This document shows, piece by piece, positions 19,138 to 27,845 of a stretch of 64,000 bases of DNA (the first letter of the stretch is position 1; each line of letters begins with the position of its first letter). This DNA comes from Candidatus Babelota bacterium. Its GTDB lineage: Bacteria; Babelota; Babeliae; Babelales; UASB340. The notes under the pieces are model-generated. The model had not been told where the DNA came from. It searched no databases and saw only the letters and a list, made by a program, of their open reading frames with translations. A program made the translations under genes and the position numbers. The stretch spans positions 15,157-79,156 of the forward strand of contig WJIY01000015.1 in assembly GCA_014730005.1 (NCBI GenBank), written 5' to 3'.

Positions 19138-20360
19138 ACACATATCAATTATTTTTAACCGCAATGCGGTCTTTAAATCATCATAAAATGAGATCTCTTC
19201 TAACAACTTTAGGTATAATCGTAGGAGTTATATCAATTATTGCAGTAATGTCTATAGGTGAAGGTGCCAAAGACAAAGTTCAAAAAGAAATCGAAGGTCT
19301 AGGGACCAATTTTATTATAGTTCTTTCTGGTTCCCCTAAGCGTCTTGCACAAAGTAGAATGAGTGGAGCTTATCTCACATTAAAACCCGAAGATTATGAA
19401 GCTATAATTGAAGAATGTGACGATGTTGCACTCGCCTCTCCAGGAGTACAAAAAATTAGAAAAGTAATATATGAAGGAAATAACTGGCAACCAATGATAG
19501 GTGGTGTCAATGAACACTATTTGCAAATAAGAAATTGGCCACTTGTTGCTGGAAGATTTTTCACTAAATACGAAAACAGAACTAGCAAAAAAGTAGCTGT
19601 AATTGGTCAAACTGTTTATAATGAATTATTTGATAATCAAAATCCAATAGGCAAAATTATAAGAATAAAAAAATTACCCTTTAAGGTAATTGGAGTCTTA
19701 GAGGAAAGAGGAAAATTACCAGATGGCAGAGATGAAGATGATATTATTTTAATACCATTAAGAACCATGCAAAGAAAAGTTGAAGGAATACACAATAAAA
19801 ATTTTGCTGCAATAATAATTTCAGCCAAAAACAAAACACGCATGAACCAAACCGCCAGCGAAATAAGATCAATTCTTAGACAACAACATAAATTAAAAGA
19901 AGATGAAGATGATAATTTTACTATTTTTACTCAAAATGATATTTCTCAAGCTTCCGATGCAGCATCAGCCGTATTAAATATTCTTTTATTAATCATAGCA
20001 TCTATATCTTTAATTGTTGGCGGAATAGGAATTATGAATATAATGCTTGTATCTGTAACCGAAAGAACACGCGAAATTGGAATTCGTATGGCTATTGGCG
20101 CAACAACACAAACAATATTAAATCAATTTATTATTGAAGCAATAACAATTTGTTTAATGGGAGGCTTGCTAGGAATAACTTTTGGAATCTTAATTGCAAA
20201 AATAGTTGGATACTTTTTAGCATGGCCAATCTTTATATCAATACAATCTATTGCAATATCAATATCGTCTTCCGTATTAATTGGATTATTTTTTGGATAT
20301 TATCCTGCAAAAAAAGCCTCTTGCTTAAATCCTGTAGAGGCATTACTTGCAGAAACGTAA
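19134..20360 (+). CDS. MacB/DevC-type ABC transporter permease (FtsX domain), copy 2
   Basis: 408 aa. ATGA overlap with the ATPase gene. C-terminal module ...GGIGIMNIMLVSVTERTREIGIRMAIGAT... is near-identical to copy 1. Confidence 0.85.
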   Translation: MNTYQLFLTAMRSLNHHKMRSLLTTLGIIVGVISIIAVMSIGEGAKDKVQKEIEGLGTNFIIVLSGSPKRLAQSRMSGAYLTLKPEDYEAIIEECDDVALASPGVQKIRKVIYEGNNWQPMIGGVNEHYLQIRNWPLVAGRFFTKYENRTSKKVAVIGQTVYNELFDNQNPIGKIIRIKKLPFKVIGVLEERGKLPDGRDEDDIILIPLRTMQRKVEGIHNKNFAAIIISAKNKTRMNQTASEIRSILRQQHKLKEDEDDNFTIFTQNDISQASDAASAVLNILLLIIASISLIVGGIGIMNIMLVSVTERTREIGIRMAIGATTQTILNQFIIEAITICLMGGLLGITFGILIAKIVGYFLAWPIFISIQSIAISISSSVLIGLFFGYYPAKKASCLNPVEALLAET

Positions 20361-20370
20361 AAAAGTTCAT

Positions 20371-21030
20371 TTAATTTTTTTCAAAGAAAAATAATTTCCT
20401 TTCTTTTTTACCCAACTTATAACTTTTGGCATCTTTTAAATAGCGTTCATTTTTTAAATGTGGTTCCCACTCAGAAGTTCCCCAATAAATCAATTTTTTA
20501 TCTTTATAAAAACAAGTTTCCCGAAACATTCTACAAAGTTCATAATCATCTAAAGCTGCCCGAGTTACAAAAATATCAATATCAAATTGTGTTTTACGCA
20601 AAAAAGTTCGCCAATCAAAATCAATAATTTCAACTTTTTTCAAATTTAATTCTTCAACAATTGTTTTTAAAAATTTTTGTTTCTTTTTTGTAACTTCAAT
20701 TAAATATACTTTCAAATCAGTGAAAATAATTTTTAAAGGCAAGGCTGGAAATCCAGCGCCTGTACCTATATCGGCAATAGAATTAACTTTTTTAAAATCA
20801 ATGAATTTTATCAACGCCAAAGAATCTAAAAAATGTTGCCTAACAACGCCTGCTAAATTTTTTATAGAAGTTAAATTAATATCTTCATTCCATTCAAGCA
20901 ATAATTCCGCATATTTTTGAAATTTTTTTAATTGTGCAGCATTTAAACTTTCCTTCTTCTTAAATTCAACCCAACTCTTTTCCGCTGGTTTTTCCCTAAT
21001 CTTTGACATTATAATCTCCTGTATCTTCAA
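20371..21030 (-). CDS. rsmG: 16S rRNA (guanine527-N7)-methyltransferase RsmG
   Basis: 219 aa. LLEWNEDINLTSI, HFLDSL and the SAM motif DIGTGAGFPALPLKI are characteristic of GidB/RsmG. Confidence 0.85.
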   Translation of the reverse strand: MKIQEIIMSKIREKPAEKSWVEFKKKESLNAAQLKKFQKYAELLLEWNEDINLTSIKNLAGVVRQHFLDSLALIKFIDFKKVNSIADIGTGAGFPALPLKIIFTDLKVYLIEVTKKKQKFLKTIVEELNLKKVEIIDFDWRTFLRKTQFDIDIFVTRAALDDYELCRMFRETCFYKDKKLIYWGTSEWEPHLKNERYLKDAKSYKLGKKERKLFFFEKN

Positions 21031-21108
21031 ATTATAGTCCTCAAAATAGTCTCTTTGATAAAATACAAGTGTAAACTAAGATTTTTTAAAAATAAAAAAA
21101 GGAAAACA

Positions 21109-21870
21109 ATGAAGATTTTAATAAAAATTTTAATGATTTTCATCTTAGTAACAGGAATATTAACATTAAATTCAGACAATCGAATATTATTTTATCTACA
21201 AAATCCACCTAAAGCTTCAATTGATCAAGCTGAAAAAACTTTATTAAAACAAAAAACAATAAATAAAATAGAAAATTTAATAAAAAAAACACCTGGTCAA
21301 GTAAGTTCTAAACTTTTAAAAAATGAAGCTAAAAAATATTTTATGCCCAAACTTAGTGGATTTATAGCTCTATATTCTGGATACATAGACTATTCAAATC
21401 CCGATGGATTAATTTCTTTTCCTTTACGACATACTAAACCGAAACTTTACTTGATTATAACCCCTCGAATAAAATTAATCCACGCAAAAGGTAATACAGT
21501 CTCTCATAAGGAACTTGATCCAACTTTTATCAAAGAAACACAAATATATCTTTTTGAAAAAAAAGAAGATGAAAACAAACAATTATACTGGTCTGTAAAA
21601 AAACAAGATCTTCCCAAAAACAACAGAATCAATCCTCTTTCTGTTGTTTTATTAACAAAACCAAAAAATATTTACATCCCAACAGGCGACTATTTAACAA
21701 ACAAAAGCCAACATATAATTTTGCCAAACAATATTTATGTTGTTGGAAACATCGATAATACCAAAGTTGCATTAAATATCATTGGAGCAAAGCGTTACTT
21801 TGAACATATAGGATATAAAGAAGAAAAAATTGGAGATAATTTGATTAAAAAAATTATCTCTAACATGTAA
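21109..21870 (+). CDS. Orphan secreted/membrane-anchored protein
   Basis: The track ORF starts at 21055. The ATG at 21109 follows AAGGAA and opens MKILIKILMIFILVTGILTL (signal/anchor). No motif recognised. Confidence 0.5.
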   Translation: MKILIKILMIFILVTGILTLNSDNRILFYLQNPPKASIDQAEKTLLKQKTINKIENLIKKTPGQVSSKLLKNEAKKYFMPKLSGFIALYSGYIDYSNPDGLISFPLRHTKPKLYLIITPRIKLIHAKGNTVSHKELDPTFIKETQIYLFEKKEDENKQLYWSVKKQDLPKNNRINPLSVVLLTKPKNIYIPTGDYLTNKSQHIILPNNIYVVGNIDNTKVALNIIGAKRYFEHIGYKEEKIGDNLIKKIISNM

Positions 21871-23317
21871 ATTGTTTAATTTTTTTAACCAAATTTGTTG
21901 TTGCGTATCCTTTTTGATAATCAACAATATGAACCCTCCCTCCTGATCTGATCATAAAATCATAACCCGCAACTTTTTCTTTGTAATAATCTGCACCTTT
22001 TACCAAAACATTTGGGTGTAGATATTCTATTAATTCTTTTGGAGTATCTTGATCAAAAGAAACAACAAAATCAACAACCGTCATTGCTGATAAAAGTCTC
22101 ATTCTTTCATCAATATTTTTAATCGGACGTTGATTTCCTTTGAATCTTCTAACGGAGTCATCTGTATTAACAGCAACAACTAAAATATTACCTTGTTTTT
22201 TGGCCTCTTGTAATAAATGAAGATGACCTGAATGTAGTAAATCAAAACATCCATTAGTAAAAACAATTTTTTTATTTTCCAGCTTAAGCCAATCTAATTC
22301 AATTTTTAACATTGCCCAATTATGAAAAATTTTTTCACAATGTTCTACATTCTTATCAATTAATTCATCAAGACTCACTGCATATGTTTTTAAATGTGAA
22401 ACGGCAACAGCTGCTGCATGATTTGCCAACATTAAACATTGTTTCATTTCAAGACCAACCGAAAAACCCAAGGCTAAAAAAGCAATAACAGTATCTCCTG
22501 CACCTGTTAAATCATAAACTTCTTTTTGACATGCAGGAATATAAATATCTTTTTTTTCAGATACAAACTGAATCCCTTTTTCTCCTAAAGTTACAATTAA
22601 ACCATCCAAATTTAAACACCTACAAATTTTTTTTCCATTTTCAACAATAGAACATTTAGTAGACAAATTTAAAAAAGATACCAGTTGACAATATTCTTTA
22701 TAATTAGGCTTTATATAATTTGAACCAAAATATTTATCAAAATTTTTACCTTTGGGATCCACGATAACTGTACACTGTCTTTTTTTAGCTTCTTGCATTA
22801 TTTTTGATAAAAATTCTTTTGATAAAACACCTTTTAAATAATCGGAAATCAAAATAATACTTTTATTTTTTATGATTTTATTTAGTTTGGAAGTTAGATT
22901 AATAAATTCATTTTCTGTTAACGGCTTATCATCTTCGACATCTATTCTTAAGAGTTGTTGTCCCTCCGCCATTACTCTTTTTTTACATGTTGTTATTCGT
23001 TGGTTGCTTCTGATCAATCCAAAAGTATCAATTCTATTTTGTTGCAACATCGAAAAAACTTTTTCACCTCTTGAATCATCTTTTCCAACTATCCCAATTA
23101 AATCAACTTTACAACCAATATGACGACAATTTAATGCAACATTTGCAGCGCCTCCTAAACTCCAATCTTTTTTTGTTGTTTTTATAATAGGTACTGGAGC
23201 CTCTGGTGAAATTCTTGTAACCTCACCAAAAATATATTCATCTAACATAATATCACCAACAACAATAACATGTTTTTCTTTTGCAAATTGTTTAACTTTA
23301 TTAATTATATTTTTCAT
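21860..23317 (-). CDS. hldE: Bifunctional D-beta-D-heptose 7-phosphate kinase / heptose 1-phosphate adenylyltransferase
   Basis: 485 aa. N-terminal ribokinase-like domain (…DLTGAGDTVIA…) plus C-terminal cytidylyltransferase domain (FTNGCFDLLHSGHLHLL). Confidence 0.9.
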   Translation of the reverse strand: MKNIINKVKQFAKEKHVIVVGDIMLDEYIFGEVTRISPEAPVPIIKTTKKDWSLGGAANVALNCRHIGCKVDLIGIVGKDDSRGEKVFSMLQQNRIDTFGLIRSNQRITTCKKRVMAEGQQLLRIDVEDDKPLTENEFINLTSKLNKIIKNKSIILISDYLKGVLSKEFLSKIMQEAKKRQCTVIVDPKGKNFDKYFGSNYIKPNYKEYCQLVSFLNLSTKCSIVENGKKICRCLNLDGLIVTLGEKGIQFVSEKKDIYIPACQKEVYDLTGAGDTVIAFLALGFSVGLEMKQCLMLANHAAAVAVSHLKTYAVSLDELIDKNVEHCEKIFHNWAMLKIELDWLKLENKKIVFTNGCFDLLHSGHLHLLQEAKKQGNILVVAVNTDDSVRRFKGNQRPIKNIDERMRLLSAMTVVDFVVSFDQDTPKELIEYLHPNVLVKGADYYKEKVAGYDFMIRSGGRVHIVDYQKGYATTNLVKKIKQFTC

Positions 23318-23477
23318 ACTTATTCACTTTTCAAATAAAAAATTAATAACATATTTTTTAAATAAAATTTATGACCAAAAAACTAACAAAAAGAATCGAT
23401 AACTTTACATATAATTACTGTATAATAATTTTATTACAATAAAAATTTTTAAATAAACTAATAAATAGGAGAAAAAA

Positions 23478-24098
23478 ATGAAATTGCAAATTTCTTTTGA
23501 TTTAGCAAACTTAGATCAATGTATAGAAATTGCTGAAAAAGTAGTACAATACGCCGACATTTTAGAGGTTGGTTCTTCTTTAGTTTTAAAAGAAGGAATA
23601 AAAGCTGTTGAAATATTTAAAAAACAATTTCCACAAAAAGAAATTTTTGCAGATATTAAATTAGTTGATCGTATAGACGGAACAATCAAAAATTATGCTG
23701 ACGCAGGAGCAAGTTATGTAACAATACTTGCAGGTACAAGCAACGCAATAATTCAAGAAGCTTCCCAACTAGCACATTCGAGAAATATAAAAATCGCATT
23801 AGATTTAGTTGATTCATACTCCATAGGACAATCAGCTATGGATGCAAAAGCTTTAGATATAGATTTAATTATATTTCATGGACCTTATGAATCATCTCGA
23901 GTTACAGAAATATTAGAAGAATGGCAAAGCGTACGCGGAAATACAAATCTACCAATTTATATAGCTGGAGGAATAAACAAAACAAACATAGATAAAATAC
24001 TTTCATTTAAACCTCAAGGTATAATTATTGGAGAAGCTATAACAAAATCTGACAATCCAACAAAAGAAGCAGAATTTTTTAAGTCTCTACTTAAATAA
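23478..24098 (+). CDS. 3-hexulose-6-phosphate synthase-like (OMPDC-suprafamily HPS/KGPDC subgroup)
   Basis: 206 aa. MKLQISFDL...ADILEVGSSL...FADIKLVD...IAGGIN is collinear with B. subtilis HxlA (MELQLALDL...VDIVEIGTP...LADMKTMD...IAGGI). SD AGGAGA upstream. Confidence 0.7.
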   Translation: MKLQISFDLANLDQCIEIAEKVVQYADILEVGSSLVLKEGIKAVEIFKKQFPQKEIFADIKLVDRIDGTIKNYADAGASYVTILAGTSNAIIQEASQLAHSRNIKIALDLVDSYSIGQSAMDAKALDIDLIIFHGPYESSRVTEILEEWQSVRGNTNLPIYIAGGINKTNIDKILSFKPQGIIIGEAITKSDNPTKEAEFFKSLLK

Positions 24099-24118
24099 AT
24101 ACCAAAGGGATTTATAAA

Positions 24119-24235
24119 ATGTCATATAAAATAAAATTTATCTTATTTTTAATAATCGTATCAATTGTTATAATTATTTGGAGTTTTTGGCGAATTAAAA
24201 AAACAAGCCTTTATTTAAACATTCATCGTCTATAA
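24119..24235 (+). CDS. Candidate 38-aa single-TM micro-protein
   Basis: AAGGGA lies 8 nt before the ATG. MSYKIKFILFLIIVSIVIIIWSFWRIKKTSLYLNIHRL. Below the track cut-off, no homology known. Confidence 0.25.
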   Translation: MSYKIKFILFLIIVSIVIIIWSFWRIKKTSLYLNIHRL

Positions 24236-24264
24236 TAACAAAAGATCCAAATCGAAGGGTTGTA

Positions 24265-24891
24265 ATGAAAAATATATTTAAATATGAAGTACAAGAAATT
24301 TTAAAACCAACTAATTTAATGGAAATATCAGATGAACAAATAAATGATCATTGGAAACTTTATGAAGGTTATGTTTCCCAAGTAAATAAATTAAATTATG
24401 ATTTAATAGAACTCACAAAAAAAGGACAAGCCGACAGTCTTCTTTATGCAGATAGAAGAAGACGATACGGCTTCGAATATAATGGTATGGTGTTACATGA
24501 ATTATATTTCGGAAATTTAACTTCAAAATTATATGATCTTGAAACTAGCAAATTAAAAAATCAAATTATACAAACTTGGAGTTCATACGAAGATTGGTTA
24601 AAAGATTTTATAAACACAGGAAAAACTCGTGGTATAGGATGGGCAATTTTATATGCTGATCCAAGAACAGGCCAATTAATAAACGTTTTTGTTCAAGATC
24701 ATGAACTTGGCCACATTTCTGAATTCATACCAATTTTAGTAATGGATGTTTGGGAACATGCATATATGGTAGATCATAAAGCTGGCGACCGCAGTGATTA
24801 TATAGAAGCATTTATAAAAAATATCAATTGGGAAGAATGTGAAAAAAGATATTTGCAAGCAAAAGAAGGCAAAATTTTAAAAAGATTTTAA
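24265..24891 (+). CDS. Fe/Mn-family superoxide dismutase (divergent N-terminal domain)
   Basis: 208 aa. The C-terminal metal-ligand motif DVWEHAYMVD and GWAILY are canonical. The N-terminal HH.KHH region is reduced to NDHWKLYEGYV. Confidence 0.75.
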   Translation: MKNIFKYEVQEILKPTNLMEISDEQINDHWKLYEGYVSQVNKLNYDLIELTKKGQADSLLYADRRRRYGFEYNGMVLHELYFGNLTSKLYDLETSKLKNQIIQTWSSYEDWLKDFINTGKTRGIGWAILYADPRTGQLINVFVQDHELGHISEFIPILVMDVWEHAYMVDHKAGDRSDYIEAFIKNINWEECEKRYLQAKEGKILKRF

Positions 24892-24917
24892 TCAAATTTG
24901 ATTTTATTAAAATCTTT
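24881..24917. terminator. AT-rich hairpin between convergent SOD and ligase genes (12-bp stem AAAGATTTTAAT/ATTAAAATCTTT)
   Basis: Perfect 12-bp inverted repeat with a 13-nt loop, overlapping the SOD stop codon. Thermodynamically weak (one G:C pair). Confidence 0.3.
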
Positions 24918-24949
24918 AATGATAAGAAAAAAATAAATAAGCATTTTAT

Positions 24950-26776
24950 TTAAAAAATATTTATTATAAAATTATCTAATTTTTGATTTTTCGTCCTTTT
25001 TTTTGTTTTCTTTTTTTTCTTATCTTCAAATTGCAATGAATACAATTTTTCAAGTTCTTTAATTGTTGTAGATTCTTCGGGTGATTTATCTTTTCTATAG
25101 CCTATAAAACGAGGAAATCTTAGGGCCATACCTTGATGCTCTTTTGTCTCCCCCGCCGTATGGAGTGGAGAAAGTGTAATTTCATCAGCTCTAATCTCAC
25201 AAACAATCTCTGGTATTACCCAAACGGAAGGATAAAGTTCTTTTACACATTCAACATTTTTGGGCTTGTTTTTCATCTTTATTCTATCACATTTCTTTTT
25301 TAATTCTTTCCATTCTTCATCACTTAAACCGGTTCCAATCTTTGCAACAGTTTCAAATCTATCTTCTTTTTTGTTAAAAGCTCCAACTAAAAACGCCCCT
25401 ATCCCAAAATCCGCGCGTTTGCCTTTTCCTGAATAATAACCTAAGATGACACAATCAATAGTATCTTTAAGTTCACCAGATTCCTGACGTTTTAACTTTA
25501 TCCAATTAAAATTTCTTTTTCCTGCTTGATAAACTGCATCAATTTTTTTTACAACAACTCCCTCCAAGCCTGATGTAATATTTTCATTAAAATATTTTTC
25601 CAAATCTTTTGCCGATTCAATTTTTTGTTCATCTATTGGCAAAACTTTTTGTTGTTTTTTTAATTTTATATTTCTAAAAATATTTAATAATTCTCTCCGA
25701 CGTTTTTTATGAGTATTTTGTAAAAAAGATTCACCATTTAAATATAAAAGATCAAAAAGATATAATTTCAATGGAAATTCTACAGCCATCTTTTCGATTT
25801 CATATTTTCTTTTTCTTTTTACAGTTTCTTGGAATGGCAAAAAAGTTCCTGTTTCAATATCATAAGCAATTGCTTCACCCTCACATACTAATGTTTTAAC
25901 AGGTAAATCCAAAACGGCTTCTTTTAAATCGGGAAACATTTCAGACATATCTTGTAAGTTCCGAGAAAAAAAATGTACCTCTGGAACCGTTTTCTTTTTG
26001 TTAATATGAACTTGAAGTCGAAAACCGTCTAATTTGGGTTGTGCAATACATTCACCTAATTTTTGCACTATTGATTTAGCATCTGACAACCTTTCTGCAG
26101 CTGCTGGACGCAATGGAGTTCCTGGCATTATATCTATTTTTTTTATACCTTCAAGACCTTCTTCTTTTAAAACTTTAATTATATGACCTATATCTGCAGA
26201 TACATTATACGCCTCCTCCAATTCTTTTCTTATAGATTTATCGCCTTTTTGCATCCATGAAAAGGCGTCCAATAATGTCATATCCGAAAAACCAAGACGC
26301 AATTTTCCTAAAATAATTCGAGAAACATATTTTGCAGATAATGCATTTAAATTTTTTAGTAAGTTCAAAATTTTTTTTTCTTTTCGTTCAACAGCTCCTT
26401 CACCCGAAATCGTTTCCAATTCTTTTAATTCCTTTGCAACTTGAGTTACTGACAATTCATTTTCATAAGAAATGTCTATTTCTGTTTTTTGAGCGACTAA
26501 ACCTAAATCTCCCAATTTCGAAGCATGTTTTCTTATTGTTTCTTCACTTTTATCCAAAAGTTTTACCAAAACTTTTAACATGCTTTTTTCAGCAAAATTA
26601 AATTTTGTTCCAATATATGATGGATGTAATTCACCTAATGACATATAAGAAATTATTGCAGCTTGATTCGGGGTTGCTTTTTTTAATAATTCAGATAATA
26701 ATTGTGTTATTTTTAAACGAGATGATTCTTGTTCTATCTCATCAAAAGCTTTTGCAACTTCTATAAATTTCATCAA
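24950..26776 (-). CDS. ATP-dependent DNA ligase, Lig1/archaeal type with N-terminal DNA-binding domain
   Basis: 608 aa. Adenylation motif I AQPKLDGFRLQVH, EGEAIAYD, LYLFDLLYLNG, LEGVVVKK and LRFPRFIGYRKDK (motif VI). C-terminal KKKKKTKKRTK tail. Confidence 0.85.
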   Translation of the reverse strand: MMKFIEVAKAFDEIEQESSRLKITQLLSELLKKATPNQAAIISYMSLGELHPSYIGTKFNFAEKSMLKVLVKLLDKSEETIRKHASKLGDLGLVAQKTEIDISYENELSVTQVAKELKELETISGEGAVERKEKKILNLLKNLNALSAKYVSRIILGKLRLGFSDMTLLDAFSWMQKGDKSIRKELEEAYNVSADIGHIIKVLKEEGLEGIKKIDIMPGTPLRPAAAERLSDAKSIVQKLGECIAQPKLDGFRLQVHINKKKTVPEVHFFSRNLQDMSEMFPDLKEAVLDLPVKTLVCEGEAIAYDIETGTFLPFQETVKRKRKYEIEKMAVEFPLKLYLFDLLYLNGESFLQNTHKKRRRELLNIFRNIKLKKQQKVLPIDEQKIESAKDLEKYFNENITSGLEGVVVKKIDAVYQAGKRNFNWIKLKRQESGELKDTIDCVILGYYSGKGKRADFGIGAFLVGAFNKKEDRFETVAKIGTGLSDEEWKELKKKCDRIKMKNKPKNVECVKELYPSVWVIPEIVCEIRADEITLSPLHTAGETKEHQGMALRFPRFIGYRKDKSPEESTTIKELEKLYSLQFEDKKKKKTKKRTKNQKLDNFIINIF

Positions 26777-27029
26777 CTTAATCCTAATATCTAATTATAT
26801 TTTAATAACCTCGTTATACTAAGCACAAAACATCTTTATTATTTATTATATAAAGAATCAATCAAAATAAGATTCATGCTAATTCTATATTTAGAATAAA
26901 ACTTTTAATTTTTTTATTGCAATACTACAATATCAAATCTAAAAAATATTAATATTTTCTTGTTTTGCTGATTCAACTAAATTCGAACTGTATTATAATA
27001 TAATCTATAGTTGCAAAAAAATTTTAAAG

Positions 27030-27704
27030 CTATAAATTATAACACTTTTTTATATTCTCTTTATGCCTAAAAGTGATCCAACAACATATAAATAACAAAA
27101 AAAACAAACAATTAATTGAATAATTAAATAAAGAAAAATAAAAAATAAAAATAATATATATAGAAAATAACGAAGCAAGGTCTACTCTTTTTGCCCAAAA
27201 TAGTATAATGATCCAACAAACAAAGAATATTAAAAATACATTGATCGGAAATAAGTAAACTAATATTCCTAATGTTGTTGCAACCCCCTTACCCCCTTTA
27301 AAATTTAAAAAAATCGAATAAGCATTTCCAATTAATAAAAAAATAGACCACAAAATCAAAAATGCTTCATTAAAATTTTGAATTGTCCAAAAAAAATTTT
27401 TCAAAAAAAGATTCATAATTCCTAAACAAAAAAAAGCTTTCAAAAAATCTATAAAAAAAATTAAAAAAAAATACTTTTTGTTGCCAAGAACTCGCGCAAT
27501 ATTTGTTGCACCAATATTACCAGACCCATTTCTTGTCACATCAATGCCAAAAAAATATTTAGCAAACCAATATCCTGTTGGAATAGATCCAATTAAATAA
27601 GAAAAAATGAAAGAACCAATCAATAATAAATATCTTGTAAAATTTGAAATAAAAAACAATACTTCATTAAAATATAAAATATCAATCATAATTATATAAT
27701 CCAT
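27030..27704 (-). CDS. plsY: Glycerol-3-phosphate acyltransferase PlsY
   Basis: 224 aa polytopic. NGSGNIGATNIARVLG and FKGGKGVAT motifs typical of PlsY. Confidence 0.85.
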   Translation of the reverse strand: MDYIIMIDILYFNEVLFFISNFTRYLLLIGSFIFSYLIGSIPTGYWFAKYFFGIDVTRNGSGNIGATNIARVLGNKKYFFLIFFIDFLKAFFCLGIMNLFLKNFFWTIQNFNEAFLILWSIFLLIGNAYSIFLNFKGGKGVATTLGILVYLFPINVFLIFFVCWIIILFWAKRVDLASLFSIYIIFIFYFSLFNYSINCLFFLLFICCWITFRHKENIKKCYNL

Positions 27705-27759
27705 ATAAAAAAGGCTGTTGATTTTAATTTATTTTTGAATCAAACAGCCTTATCAAATT

Positions 27760-27836
27760 TGGTAGCGACGCAGGGACTCGAACCCCGGACCTACGGATTA
27801 TGATTCCGCCGCTCTAACCAGCTGAGCTACGTCGCC
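27760..27836 (-). tRNA. tRNA with CAT anticodon (elongator Met, or Ile2 if lysidine-modified), CCA encoded
   Basis: Reverse complement GGCGACGTAGCTCAGCTGGTTAGAGCGGCGGAATCATAATCCGTAGGTCCGGGGTTCGAGTCCCTGCGTCGCTACCA folds as a cloverleaf. Anticodon loop ATCATAA. It lacks initiator features (no 3 G:C pairs in the anticodon stem). Confidence 0.85.
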
Positions 27837-27845
27837 TAAAAAAAA

